32,000 bases of DNA from an uncultured Erysipelotrichaceae bacterium (GCA_942493105.1 OW818668.1:1860001-1892000), one strand, 5' to 3'; numbered from the stretch's first letter, positions 1 to 9,992 are shown. Notes: generated by a model not told the origin, from the sequence alone. A program made the numbers and translations.

Positions 1-946
1 TAGCTTGGATCAGTGATTTACCATGATATAGATATATCTTTACGACATATAAATGTGGCGTTTCTGCTGTCCACAGAGCTGGTTTTTCAATGAGCTTTTC
101 AAGGTGAGTTTGCATTGAATCCAGTTTGACTTGATGGATCACTTGATCCATGGTGTTTGATAATACGACTTTGAGATTTAAATCCGGATGATATTCACCA
201 TTAATTTGAATATCCAGTTTAAGTTGTGCATCTTTGTAATCATGGATCAGTTCACAAGCGGCATACGCATCAAAGATGTAGGTCTGTGGTTCTGCATAAA
301 CACTCACATCTCGGGTGATGCCTCCAAAAAACCACATGTCTTGATCTTCCAGATAAGTGCCATCTGAGTATTTATAAACCAAAACAGCAACTTTATTAGG
401 TCCTTCTTTAATATGCTGTGTGATCTCAAATTCATGTGATGTCATAGATGCTTTTGAGAATCCAACTTTATTACCATTGATCCATAATGTGAAAGCACTT
501 TTGACAGCTCCAAAGCGAATGAAAACACGTTGCTTATCCCAGGATTTTGGTAAAGTAAACGATTTGACATATGCTCCGGTTGGATTATCGGTATGTGAAA
601 TCGAAGGAATCTTGTTTTTACGGATATCGATTTGAGGTGGATAAGACTTTGCCAAATAATAAGGCGTTCCAAATCCTTGAAGTTCCCAGACTCCAGGTAC
701 TTTTATGTTGGACCAACTTTCACTGGTCTTATCATCCACACCACTAAACCATGACCCTACTTCATCCGGATTTCGATAAAGTTTGAATTTCCAGTCTCCA
801 TTAAGACTAAGGCTTGTTTTTTCTAGATCATTGTCGAGATCTTTTTGAGATAAAAAACTTAGTCCTTCAAAATGAGCATCCAGCTTATGTATCCCCAGAA
901 TTGTAGGATTTAGGTAATCAGAAACATCCGTGAATTTACTTCTCAT
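1..946 (-). CDS. Glycoside hydrolase family 2 beta-galactosidase-like protein, N-terminal ~315 aa (gene runs off the window start)
   Basis: Absent from the ORF track because it is open to base 1. My minus-strand translation from the ATG at 946-944 reads MRSKFTDVSDYLNPTILGIHKLDAHFEGLSF..SLSLNGDWKFKLYRNPDEV..SWSNIKVPGVWELQGFGTPYY..GAYVKSFTLPKSWDKQRVFIRFGAVKSAFTLWINGNKVGFSK..DMWFFGGITRDV. This matches the LacZ-type GH2 sugar-binding and following domain pattern. The gene sits directly upstream of the kinase and mutarotase genes. Confidence 0.8.
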   Translation of the reverse strand, partial: MRSKFTDVSDYLNPTILGIHKLDAHFEGLSFLSQKDLDNDLEKTSLSLNGDWKFKLYRNPDEVGSWFSGVDDKTSESWSNIKVPGVWELQGFGTPYYLAKSYPPQIDIRKNKIPSISHTDNPTGAYVKSFTLPKSWDKQRVFIRFGAVKSAFTLWINGNKVGFSKASMTSHEFEITQHIKEGPNKVAVLVYKYSDGTYLEDQDMWFFGGITRDVSVYAEPQTYIFDAYAACELIHDYKDAQLKLDIQINGEYHPDLNLKVVLSNTMDQVIHQVKLDSMQTHLEKLIEKPALWTAETPHLYVVKIYLYHGKSLIQA

Positions 947-950
947 AGCG

Positions 951-2228
951 TTACTGTGGCCACTGATAGACACCCTCTTGTCTAAGGCGAATCTTGATAA
1001 AACTATGTTTTCCAAAGACAGACTCCAGTGATGACTTGAGTGAAGCTGTCATCTCTTTTGGGATAAACATCAAGATCGTACCCGCAAAACCACCCCCATG
1101 AACACGCCAGGCGCCTTTGTTTTTGAGATGATCTTCTGCAATCATCAACGCAATGGCTAAGCCTTGCTGAGCAACATGCTTGTTCCAAGTATTTCGAAGA
1201 TAGGTATTAGATGAATTCCCAGAATCAACGATCAAAGACAGGAAACTAACAAGATCAGCCTGCTTCAATGCTTCCATCAAATCAAGGACACGTTGATTTT
1301 CCTGAAAGAAATGATGCGCCCGTAAAATTGCCCGTGAATCATATTTCTCATAGAGCTCTTTTAGTGAAGCATCAAACAGTTTCTTATCGACTCTAGACAA
1401 GACGTCTTGATTGAAATGTCTGGAGATCATTTTACAGTCAGTGAAGATTTCTGCATAATCTGCAGAAAGATCTGCATGTGACCCGCCTGTCTGTACCAAA
1501 CACAGATCCATTTGATCAAACATCGACTGACTGTCTAGTTTGGTCACGATCGGATTGTTTTTATCATAGAAATCAATGGCACAGAAGCCCCCATGGGCAA
1601 TGACCATTTGATCCATCAATCCACAAGGTTTATTGAAGTAGTTGTTTTCGGCCATCTGTGAAATGATTGCCATCAAACTGGGATCCAACTTGCCATGACC
1701 ATAATAGGATTCAAGGATCTTCACAATCAAAACTTCAACCGAAGCCGATGAGGATAATCCAGAACCGGATAAGACATCGCTTTCTACATACGCATCAAAT
1801 CCACCAATCACGCCATAGATTTCTTTGAAATAATAAGCTATTCCGCGAATCAATCCCATGGTCGTAAAGTATTCATCCTCATGAACATTTAAATTGTTGA
1901 GGTCAATGGGTTCGATTTTGTAGTTTTTTGAAACGAATCGGATGATGTTTTCTGTATTCTTAACGGTGAAAGCTACTGTATCTAAGTCGACTGCCATTGC
2001 TAAAACACGGCCTAATTGATGATCTGTATGATTGCCGCCAACTTCGATTCGTCCCGATGAAGAAAATATCTCAAAATCTTCTGCTTGTGGAAAATGATCA
2101 CAGAAACGAGAAAAGATTTGAAGATAACGCTCTTTTTGATGAACGATTGCTTCGTCTCCATATAATCGAATCAATGTCTTCTTAAAGTCTTCTGACTCAA
2201 CAACTTCATTAAATTGACTTTTCTTCAT
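951..2228 (-). CDS. galK: Galactokinase-family GHMP sugar-1-kinase (probable galactokinase)
   Basis: 425-aa ORF. It has the GHMP motif GSGLSSSASVEVL and a galactokinase-like N-terminal signature, GRIEVGGNHTDH, which diverges from the canonical GRVNLIGEHTDY. The stop lies 4 nt before the GH2 start. The 5' end overlaps the epimerase 3' end by 20 nt, so the genes form an operon. Confidence 0.75.
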   Translation of the reverse strand: MKKSQFNEVVESEDFKKTLIRLYGDEAIVHQKERYLQIFSRFCDHFPQAEDFEIFSSSGRIEVGGNHTDHQLGRVLAMAVDLDTVAFTVKNTENIIRFVSKNYKIEPIDLNNLNVHEDEYFTTMGLIRGIAYYFKEIYGVIGGFDAYVESDVLSGSGLSSSASVEVLIVKILESYYGHGKLDPSLMAIISQMAENNYFNKPCGLMDQMVIAHGGFCAIDFYDKNNPIVTKLDSQSMFDQMDLCLVQTGGSHADLSADYAEIFTDCKMISRHFNQDVLSRVDKKLFDASLKELYEKYDSRAILRAHHFFQENQRVLDLMEALKQADLVSFLSLIVDSGNSSNTYLRNTWNKHVAQQGLAIALMIAEDHLKNKGAWRVHGGGFAGTILMFIPKEMTASLKSSLESVFGKHSFIKIRLRQEGVYQWPQ

Positions 2229-3243
2229 GGGAATCTCCTTCGCTATAGGTATAGGTTGTTGTAGAAATCATAAGTGTATTGGCTCTTAAGATGGGTGCCT
2301 CATTCAAATCAAAGTTGATGCTGTTGGGTACATGCTGAGTTTCAAAACAAATCCCACCATATTCAATCAAAAATGGATAGTGGTTTCCATGTTTGATGGG
2401 TCCTAGATAATTACCGGTATAGATGTGTGCACCTGGTTTGGTGGTCGATACGCTAAGATTCAAGTCATCAACAGAACAAACGCAAAATAACGGTTCACTG
2501 ATATCTCTTTTTATAAAATAATGATCTAATCCTTTAACTCGTTTGATTTGCGGATAAGAAAAATCCAAAGCATCACGAACCTGCTTTAACTTCGAAAAAT
2601 CCAAGGGGGTATTGTTTATCAGGTGCTTATTTGCACCAGTACAACCATCTTCTTCGATCTCATAAAAATGATCACAATTGAGTCTCAATCGATGATTTAG
2701 AACAGATTTTGATGGATCCTCATTGAGATTGAAATAGGTGTGCTGGGTGGTGTCACACAAGGTGTCTTTGTCACTGATCGCAGTAGTCGTCATGATCAGA
2801 GATGAACCTTTCAAAACATAGGTGATCTTTAAATGTAAACTACCAGGATAACCCTGATCATTGTCACTGGAGTGAAGTGAAAGAATAAGTGAATCATCCA
2901 AGATTTCTGAGCTAAACCATTTCTGATCAAAACCAACTTTACCGCCATGTAAATGATGTTTCCCATTCATGGACAATTGGTACCTTTTCTCATTTAGAAT
3001 GAATTTCCCTGAATGGATCCGATTGGCGACTCGCCCAACGAGAGCTCCCAAATAGAATTTCTGATTTAAATAGTCTATGAAACTCTTAAAACCCAAAACT
3101 GTTTCTCTTTGGAGTGGTTTATAAATAATTGAAGTGATGGTAGCACCATAATCAAGAATGGATACACTTAAAAAACTATTTTCTAATACAAAAAGCGTAA
3201 CTTCTTTTTGATGATGGATCGCATAGGGATAACACTTGATCAT
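2209..3243 (-). CDS. galM: Aldose 1-epimerase (galactose mutarotase)
   Basis: 344-aa ORF of typical mutarotase length. Pattern: GRVANRI..F.L....Y.L..N...HLHGG..GFD.K.W, with a later HTYFNL. The neighbouring genes are for galactose catabolism. Confidence 0.8.
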   Translation of the reverse strand: MIKCYPYAIHHQKEVTLFVLENSFLSVSILDYGATITSIIYKPLQRETVLGFKSFIDYLNQKFYLGALVGRVANRIHSGKFILNEKRYQLSMNGKHHLHGGKVGFDQKWFSSEILDDSLILSLHSSDNDQGYPGSLHLKITYVLKGSSLIMTTTAISDKDTLCDTTQHTYFNLNEDPSKSVLNHRLRLNCDHFYEIEEDGCTGANKHLINNTPLDFSKLKQVRDALDFSYPQIKRVKGLDHYFIKRDISEPLFCVCSVDDLNLSVSTTKPGAHIYTGNYLGPIKHGNHYPFLIEYGGICFETQHVPNSINFDLNEAPILRANTLMISTTTYTYSEGDSHEEKSI

Positions 3244-3369
3244 CAGGTCACCTGTTTAACATCTTTGGTTTCATTATATCATTTTGAGTTTGAGAATATT
3301 AAGATGCATCGTTTACTAATTTTTAATTCAATCATTTGAGCTTAAAATTAAACCTCAATACGTAATCAA

Positions 3370-4815
3370 CTATTTTACTGCGAGTTCAACGACCCGATAG
3401 GCCCCATGATACACTTTGTTTTTATGATTATTTATGATCGATTCATTCATTAATTCTAAATGACTCGCTTGATTCAGCAATAGATCCATCATTTGGTTAG
3501 CCAAGTCAGGAGTTTCACACTCTATGGTTCCATCACCGATTTCACTGGAGTGGATTGCACCCCAAGCTTCATGCCCCCCTACTCTTTTAACAAACAATTT
3601 AGGAATTGGGTAAAATGCCAATTCACTCGGTTTTGTGACCAAAAGATCGCTTGATCTCATCAGTAAGTTCGTAGAGTAGACAGCCGCATAAATATCTTTA
3701 TGGTAGAACACGTGTATTCCAAAGACATCGTTGTCGATGGCTTGATGTGTAAATTCCTGAGTTTTTTCCCAATCATCAAAATGCAAGATTGCTGTTTGTT
3801 CAATTGTGGGTACTTTTTTCTTTAGTGATTCCCAAACATGAAGATGATCTCCAATATTGAGATATAGGGTTGCCTTATTGGATTGAACCGATGGAAGTAA
3901 GTTTTGGATCATGGCAGCATAGAAATCACTTTGAGCTCCTGCTCCACCTACCGTCATCAGGATCCTTTTAGATTTTCCTAAGTGAAGTCGATTTAAACGT
4001 TGTTTTGTATCATCTTCTAAGTTAACAACCAACTCATGATCGATGTAGTGACCGGTATAAACCAAATCAGCATCACCCATTGGAGTTTGAATCTTTTTTC
4101 CATTCATGCCTTTTAGAGTCTTGTATCCAAAATAAGAGGATGGGGTCTGAACGGTATGGATGCTTCCTTCGGAAAGATGTAGCGCCATAGGCCAGTTATC
4201 TGGAATCGCATTGACGACATGTTTCATGCCGGCATGAATGGCAGCCTGAGCAGGCCAAACATGCGTTGCAACAAAGGGGATCGTTTGTAGCAGATCACGA
4301 TATATTGGTACCATCAACTCCGCCATCTTCTGATCGGACGCATTGTAGCTTAATGCTTTGAATCCATCATAATTCAATGGTTCCCAATAAAATCGATTAA
4401 ACAAGGGATACTTCTGAGACCATCTTGATCCCATTGAATATAGCCCATTCAAATGTGAGATGATTTTGCCTCCCGTGGTGGTTTTAAATGAAGGTAAATC
4501 AAACCAATATGGCGTATAGCCCATCGCATGCGCACATGAGGCAATGGCCATCGAAATACGGTAGTGTCCATAGCCCATTCTAATGTTTCCAACGATCAGG
4601 GGTTTATCAGAACCAAGTGTCAACACTTGATCAGATAGCACCAAATTTTTGACATTAAAGTAAGGATACAAAACTTTATTTTCTTCTTCAGCAAGATGAT
4701 ATATCTGTTTAGAATCATCACCAAATTTCCTTGTTAACTTGTCAGCATTCTTTTCTGCCTTTTTTATAACGGCTTGCGTCATCGTATTGTTAAATATTGA
4801 TTTATGCTTTTCCAT
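3370..4815 (-). CDS. GT-B fold glycosyltransferase-like protein, MGDG-synthase/UgtP (GT28)-like
   Basis: 481-aa ORF. The N-terminal G-x-GH motif (GNIRMGYGHYRISMAIA) resembles UgtP NYGNGHVQVAK. The central glycine loop is LMTVGGAGAQ and the C-terminal motif is LLVTKPSELAFYP (compare ITKPGGITLTEA). The start ATG overlaps the TAA stop of the upstream alpha-galactosidase gene (TAATG). Confidence 0.5.
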   Translation of the reverse strand: MEKHKSIFNNTMTQAVIKKAEKNADKLTRKFGDDSKQIYHLAEEENKVLYPYFNVKNLVLSDQVLTLGSDKPLIVGNIRMGYGHYRISMAIASCAHAMGYTPYWFDLPSFKTTTGGKIISHLNGLYSMGSRWSQKYPLFNRFYWEPLNYDGFKALSYNASDQKMAELMVPIYRDLLQTIPFVATHVWPAQAAIHAGMKHVVNAIPDNWPMALHLSEGSIHTVQTPSSYFGYKTLKGMNGKKIQTPMGDADLVYTGHYIDHELVVNLEDDTKQRLNRLHLGKSKRILMTVGGAGAQSDFYAAMIQNLLPSVQSNKATLYLNIGDHLHVWESLKKKVPTIEQTAILHFDDWEKTQEFTHQAIDNDVFGIHVFYHKDIYAAVYSTNLLMRSSDLLVTKPSELAFYPIPKLFVKRVGGHEAWGAIHSSEIGDGTIECETPDLANQMMDLLLNQASHLELMNESIINNHKNKVYHGAYRVVELAVK

Positions 4816-6572
4816 TAGTCCTTGTCCTTTTTACTTTCAAAGGGTGCCAACACCTGATTCGAATTGGGATCTTTTATACTTTTTGAATTTAGGTTTATAA
4901 GATACGTTTCACCCGATGCCGTAGCCAATTTGATAAAATCTTTATTGGATTCAACATGTGTAACCATCGGTTTGGTTTCACTCATCCTGTCATATAACTC
5001 TCTTTGTTGATCGTTATATTCTGAAATATCATCAGAAGTAAACAGAAGTCCTCCAAAAAGCCAATTGGTCAACGCCAAAGTCTTCTTTTGATGGTAAGAC
5101 AGGCTTATATTGGATTCTCGCAGTAAGAAAACATCTGGATCATTCACAAATGCCCTTCCATTCAAATGTCTTCGTCCAATTGAGTTTTTAATCGAATGAA
5201 GGGTTGATATCCGCTCACGATGTAACATTCGCATATAAGGACGATCATTCCAATCCAGTCCAACATCACATCCGATCCGACAAAAATCAACCAAGCCGAA
5301 ACTTGAAGCCAAGGGTACTCCACAACCCAAGATATATTTATCTTTGACACACTCACGTACGAAGGTCATCGCTTCCCACATCAATTGTCCGCGTGACTTA
5401 TTGTTTCTAGGCATCATACAGGCTGCATACAGGAAATCCAGCTTGACCATGTCATAACCCCATTCATTGAGCACCACATCAAAGACAACCCTTAAATGAT
5501 CTCTGACAGCCGATAATTCTAGATCTAGCGCATAACAACCGCTCCAATTACCGCCTGCACTTAAAGGCTTGCCATTATAATCTTTGATGAACCAATCGGG
5601 ATGATTTTGAAAAAGATCTGATTTTGTTTCTGCCACAAATGGAGCCAACCAAATCCCAGCCTTGGTGCCTTGAGCATGGATTTGATCCACGATCGTTTTC
5701 ATCCCATGCGGAAACTTTATTGGATCAACACTTAACCAATCTCCTACTGACGTTTGATAACCATCATCGATCTGAAAGAAATCAAGATGATCTTCTTTCA
5801 CGAAATTTTTAAGATTCTTCTGAATAAGAGATTCAGAAATGTTTTGATAGTAATTGTACCAGCTTGTCCATCCCGAGGCTTGCTTGATTCTGGGTTTTGA
5901 TGTCCCAAGCAACTCAAAATAAGTATCATAAACTTCACTACTGGAACCATGAAGACATACCATATCTAAAACACAAATTGCTTCGCTTCCGATCCAACCT
6001 GCATTGTCCTTTATAAAAGACCATTTTCCTTTATCCTGTAAGTATTCTAAAATGGTGAAACCTGTCTTCTCATTAAGCGATCCAAAAAACAGTTTCTGTT
6101 GATCTGATCCTACAGTTGCATAAGTAAAACCATGAAAGTGACCTTTTCGATGAGAAAACGACCTGACAACCGTATCTCCATATCGGTCAAACTTATATTT
6201 ATCCATCAATGGTTTAGCCAAGATGGACAGATGGGGCATCTTATCATTAGCCGTTAACTCATGACTGTCTGTCCAAGACTGATACCCATTGAAGAAAAGG
6301 GTTTCTTTTTGATCGACTTTAAAATTCAAATCACAACGGACTTCTTCTAGTTGTACTTCACCATGAGGCTGAAAAATGATTTGCAGGCGAGTCCCAAATG
6401 CGACTTCCGATATTTCAAGCGTGGCTTGTGCATAGGGTGAACTCTCATAGAGACTTAAGGAATGAAAGGCACCTTCAGCTTGAAACTGGATTTCAAAGGT
6501 ACTCGTAGACCAATCTAAACTACTTAGATTTAGGTTCATCTTCAATGCCACGCAGTATGGCCGCTTCATCAT
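4815..6572 (-). CDS. Alpha-galactosidase (GH36/melibiase-type)
   Basis: 585-aa ORF with FQIDDGYQ..GDW, GIWLAPF, VKLDFLY and GCGVPL motifs, typical of melibiase/GH36-like alpha-galactosidases. An alternative start (MNLNLSS, ATG at 6539) would cut the overlap with the transporter gene from 53 to 20 nt. Confidence 0.75.
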   Translation of the reverse strand: MMKRPYCVALKMNLNLSSLDWSTSTFEIQFQAEGAFHSLSLYESSPYAQATLEISEVAFGTRLQIIFQPHGEVQLEEVRCDLNFKVDQKETLFFNGYQSWTDSHELTANDKMPHLSILAKPLMDKYKFDRYGDTVVRSFSHRKGHFHGFTYATVGSDQQKLFFGSLNEKTGFTILEYLQDKGKWSFIKDNAGWIGSEAICVLDMVCLHGSSSEVYDTYFELLGTSKPRIKQASGWTSWYNYYQNISESLIQKNLKNFVKEDHLDFFQIDDGYQTSVGDWLSVDPIKFPHGMKTIVDQIHAQGTKAGIWLAPFVAETKSDLFQNHPDWFIKDYNGKPLSAGGNWSGCYALDLELSAVRDHLRVVFDVVLNEWGYDMVKLDFLYAACMMPRNNKSRGQLMWEAMTFVRECVKDKYILGCGVPLASSFGLVDFCRIGCDVGLDWNDRPYMRMLHRERISTLHSIKNSIGRRHLNGRAFVNDPDVFLLRESNISLSYHQKKTLALTNWLFGGLLFTSDDISEYNDQQRELYDRMSETKPMVTHVESNKDFIKLATASGETYLINLNSKSIKDPNSNQVLAPFESKKDKD

Positions 6573-7884
6573 AACCCAGCAGCAAGATCATCCCAATAAA
6601 ACAGAAGACTGCTGCAGCGACAGCTGTCAAACGAATCCCAATTTCGTTAGAGCCATTTCGTTCAATCAATAAAAGTGCACTGATAATCAACATGGAAATC
6701 ATCTGACCCATTTTCGACATAAATGTCCTTGTCCCAAAGAACATCGCTTCACGACGAACACCTGTCTTACGGGCATCAAATTCCGCGATATCGGCGATAA
6801 CGGCATTTGGTAAGATTCCAAAGATTGCCATAGGAATACTTCCTAGACCCACCAGAATAAAGGCTTGAGTCATCGATACGACCGGCAAGGTTCCTAAGAA
6901 TGCTCCAAAACCATACGTTAAGATAAACAACATAAAGGCAACGATCAGCAGTTTCTTTTTACCAAACTTACGTGAAACCAGATTGACTGGTACATAGAAG
7001 ATAAAGGATCCTAGACCCAAGATGACCAACAAGGTCCCTGTTGTTTCTTCAGGTAAACTTAATAGAATTGTTACATAATAAATCAAAGCACTTTGGAAAA
7101 CCGTGACTGCGACCCAATAGACCAGATCGGAGGCAACAAATATGGTGAAATTCTTGTTTCTAAAAGTAGCCTTCATGGAATCGACCATATTGTCTTCTGA
7201 TGGGGTCGATACACAATAACGTTTCTCATCGATGGCCAAGACTGGGATATATAAGAAAACCAATGCAATCGCAGACAAAATGGTGAAAGCCAAACGCATG
7301 GCAGTTACTTTATCCATTCCTCCGCTTTCAAACATGGTCCACAATAGTGGTGCTTGAGAAGCTACCGCAAATCCTAAAAACCATGTTACAGAGATAAACG
7401 TCGATAGATTCAAACGTTCTTGTGGGGTATGTCCCAATTCAGACATCAAGGCAAAGAATGGGGTGACATACATGGTCAAGAACAAGTAGAAGAGCAGTAG
7501 ATTAATGGTCAAAACAACCGCATTGAGCCAGCTTATGCCTGCTGTTGGATGATAAAAAACCAACACTGTAAATAAAGCGAAAGGAACAGCAGATTTCTGC
7601 ATAAACGAAATCCTTCTTCCTTTTTTGGATTTACTGCGATCACTTAACGTTGCGATCCAAGGATCCGTGATGGCATCGAAAAATCTTCCCAACATCATGA
7701 TCATCCCAATGATGGTCAGAAATCCAAAAAAATTAACTTGAGGAATACTAACTGGAATACCTGATATAGCGGTTGGGATATAATAGAAAATCAAGTAAGT
7801 CCCAACTAAACCCGACAACAAAGACCATCCAAACTGACCTAAAGCATAAGCAATCTGCTTAGATAACGGCAACTTTTCTTTCAT
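6520..7884 (-). CDS. Glycoside-pentoside-hexuronide (GPH)/MFS sugar:cation symporter
   Basis: The protein is polytopic and hydrophobic, with about 12 predicted TM segments. It carries the GPH-like motif GRFFDAITDPWIATLSDR. The track ORF starts at 7926, but the ATG at 7884 (MKEKLPLSKQ) follows AGGAGG (rc of 7887-7892) at good spacing. Confidence 0.8.
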   Translation of the reverse strand: MKEKLPLSKQIAYALGQFGWSLLSGLVGTYLIFYYIPTAISGIPVSIPQVNFFGFLTIIGMIMMLGRFFDAITDPWIATLSDRSKSKKGRRISFMQKSAVPFALFTVLVFYHPTAGISWLNAVVLTINLLLFYLFLTMYVTPFFALMSELGHTPQERLNLSTFISVTWFLGFAVASQAPLLWTMFESGGMDKVTAMRLAFTILSAIALVFLYIPVLAIDEKRYCVSTPSEDNMVDSMKATFRNKNFTIFVASDLVYWVAVTVFQSALIYYVTILLSLPEETTGTLLVILGLGSFIFYVPVNLVSRKFGKKKLLIVAFMLFILTYGFGAFLGTLPVVSMTQAFILVGLGSIPMAIFGILPNAVIADIAEFDARKTGVRREAMFFGTRTFMSKMGQMISMLIISALLLIERNGSNEIGIRLTAVAAAVFCFIGMILLLGYDEAAILRGIEDEPKSK

Positions 7885-7901
7885 GGTTCCTCCTGAAAAA
7901 G

Positions 7902-8561
7902 TTATTTTGTACGGATGTAAGCACACATCATCTCTATCACAAGATGGATCTGTGCCTCCCCCGTTATTTCCAAATCACTATAGACAATCGTACCGCGCAA
8001 GATGAATTTCTGAATGATGCTCATCATGGTATGCATACTGGTCATATAAAAAAGTGAGAGATCAAAATCACTTCTAATAGTTCCATCCTGTCTTCCTTTA
8101 AGGATGGCTTTCGTAATGGGTTCTTTTAAAGTTAGCATCACGCGTTCTACCTCGACCAATTGTTCAAATCCAACGGACTCATTGGCAATGTAATTATCAA
8201 ATTGCTCAAGAAAACGAAAGACTTCCGGTGTTTTCTTATAATGAAAAATGAAGACTTCAAGAAGACTTTTAAATTGTTCAATACCACTCATATTTTCATA
8301 ATCTTTGGGCAAATATATGGGTAGTTGCATGAACTCTTGTTTCCATAAAATCGTTGCAGCATCGATGATCAATTGCTTTTTTGTGGGGAAGTATCTAAAT
8401 AAGGTCGCTATACCAATTTCAGAGGCATCTGCGATGTCTTTCATTGTTGTAGATTCTAGTCCTTGAGACATAAAAACAGTCAGGGCACAACTCAGGATAT
8501 GATCCTTTCGTTCGCCTTTTCTTTCTTCTCTTTCAGATTGTCTGATTTGCTGAAGTTTCAT
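7902..8561 (-). CDS. TetR/AcrR family transcriptional regulator
   Basis: 219-aa ORF with an N-terminal TetR HTH (ILSCALTVFMSQGLESTTMKDIADASEIGIATLFRYFPTKKQL). It is the first gene of the minus-strand sugar operon. Confidence 0.85.
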   Translation of the reverse strand: MKLQQIRQSEREERKGERKDHILSCALTVFMSQGLESTTMKDIADASEIGIATLFRYFPTKKQLIIDAATILWKQEFMQLPIYLPKDYENMSGIEQFKSLLEVFIFHYKKTPEVFRFLEQFDNYIANESVGFEQLVEVERVMLTLKEPITKAILKGRQDGTIRSDFDLSLFYMTSMHTMMSIIQKFILRGTIVYSDLEITGEAQIHLVIEMMCAYIRTK

Positions 8562-8575
8562 ACATCCTCACAATA

Positions 8576-8598
8576 TGATAGTATCGCTATCACTATGA
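8576..8598. promoter_or_regulatory. Imperfect inverted repeat (tgatagt-N9-actatga) in the TetR/deacetylase divergent intergenic region; candidate operator
   Basis: Seen directly, 15 nt upstream of the TetR start. The motif tatcact recurs at 8588 and 8608. No experimental support. Confidence 0.25.
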
Positions 8599-8696
8599 TA
8601 TCTATTATATCACTGTAAGCGCTATCCGCATAAAAATTTTTAGTTTTTTGACTAAAATATGAAGGTGTTGATTGGTATAAAAAAATATTTACTGAT

Positions 8697-9992
8697 TTGA
8701 TGAAAAGGAATATGATGGGCATAGGTGGTAACATGCGCAAAAAAACAAGAAAAATCAGGCGTCAAGCGGCTTGGATACTAGGGCTAGTATTCTTAATCAT
8801 AACAACTTCGGTGGGAGGATTCATTTTAATCAAGTCTGAAATAGACAAAAAGAACAAAGCGATACAGGAAGAAATAGAAAAAGCACGTGAAGTGAAACGT
8901 GTCGAATTGATCACTGAAGCAAGTTTAATGGTATCCGGTTATTACTATCAGGAAGCGATAGACCTTCTTAAAAGCAATTCTGATATTTATAATGACACAT
9001 TGAAAAACGAAGTAAAAAAGATTGAGGACTTCGTTGCTGATCTTGAACCTTACACCGGACGTATTGAACAAGTCTTTTTTCACACTTTGATTGTTTATCC
9101 TGAATTGGCATTTGGACCTAACAGTTCACAAGCTCAAGGATATAACTATTGGATGACAACCCAATTGGAATTTCAACGCATGTTGCCATTATTGATGGAA
9201 AGAGGCTATGTGTTGATTCGGATCAGTGATTTGTATGATGTTGATTCGCAAGGCAATGTAACCAAAAAAGACCTCTATCTTCCACAGGGAAAGCGACCAC
9301 TGCTCATGTCTGTCGATAATGTTGGATATCCTGAGTCAAGAAAAAAAGATGGTTTTGCTTCACGATTGATCATTGATGAGAATAATGAGGTGACAGCAGT
9401 AATCCGAAATCTTGAGGGAGTTGAAATTGTTTCTCGTACAGCAGAAGTTTTTCCAATTGTGGATGATTTCATAAAAGTCCACCCCGAATTCTCATATCGA
9501 GGCGCAAAAGGAATGATAGGGATCACAGGTAGTTGGGGTGTTATGGGTTATGATCCAAAAATTGCTTCAGAAGCAGCAATTGCGAAAAAAGTAGCTGATC
9601 GTCTAAAAGAGTTGGGTTGGGACTTTGTTTCACATAGCTATACTCATGCTGGTGGTCAGTATTTTAGTATAGATTCAACGCTTGAAGGAGTAAAAGAAGA
9701 TACCGAACTGTTTAAAAAGTGGATTGTTCCGATTATAGGAGATTCCAACGTGTTTATTGCTCCCTTTGGTGTGACTTTAAAAGGAGAACTGTATCAGTAT
9801 ATGATTGATGAAGGATATACGTTCTATCTTAACGTCGACAGGCGTTCACAACCAAGGATCATAGGGAAAAGTGTGTTGATGCCACGCGTCAATTTGGATG
9901 GATTTGTAATGAACAAAGATAAAGCATATATTACAGAGCATTTCTTTGATGTTGATAAAGTTTACGATTCACGAAGACCTGTTTTTCAATAA
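8697..9992 (+). CDS. Membrane-anchored polysaccharide deacetylase-like protein
   Basis: 431-aa ORF with one N-terminal TM (AAWILGLVFLIITTSVGGFILI), a coiled-coil linker and a C-terminal domain with HSYTH (NodB-type motif 2). The ATG at 8733 (MRKKTRK), preceded by aggtgg, is a likelier start than 8697. Confidence 0.55.
   Translation: MMKRNMMGIGGNMRKKTRKIRRQAAWILGLVFLIITTSVGGFILIKSEIDKKNKAIQEEIEKAREVKRVELITEASLMVSGYYYQEAIDLLKSNSDIYNDTLKNEVKKIEDFVADLEPYTGRIEQVFFHTLIVYPELAFGPNSSQAQGYNYWMTTQLEFQRMLPLLMERGYVLIRISDLYDVDSQGNVTKKDLYLPQGKRPLLMSVDNVGYPESRKKDGFASRLIIDENNEVTAVIRNLEGVEIVSRTAEVFPIVDDFIKVHPEFSYRGAKGMIGITGSWGVMGYDPKIASEAAIAKKVADRLKELGWDFVSHSYTHAGGQYFSIDSTLEGVKEDTELFKKWIVPIIGDSNVFIAPFGVTLKGELYQYMIDEGYTFYLNVDRRSQPRIIGKSVLMPRVNLDGFVMNKDKAYITEHFFDVDKVYDSRRPVFQ

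Noticed and set aside
420-672. Track ORFs 420-635 (+) and 442-672 (-)
   Set aside because: Both lie inside the GH2 beta-galactosidase gene in other frames or on the other strand. The true frame (minus, open 946 to 1) gives a coherent LacZ-like sequence, so these are shadow ORFs.
1003-2185. Track ORFs 1003-1188 (-) and 1997-2185 (+)
   Set aside because: They are embedded in the kinase gene in alternative frames. They have no SD and odd composition (Cys/Arg-rich).
5162-5812. Track ORFs 5162-5356 (-) and 5624-5812 (+)
   Set aside because: Shadow ORFs inside the alpha-galactosidase gene.
8558-8740. 60-aa minus-strand ORF across the TetR/deacetylase intergenic region
   Set aside because: It spans the divergent promoter region and the 5' end of the plus-strand gene. 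It has no SD and an AT-rich low-complexity sequence.
9275-9526. 83-aa antisense ORF
   Set aside because: It lies inside the deacetylase-like gene on the opposite strand, with no translation signals.
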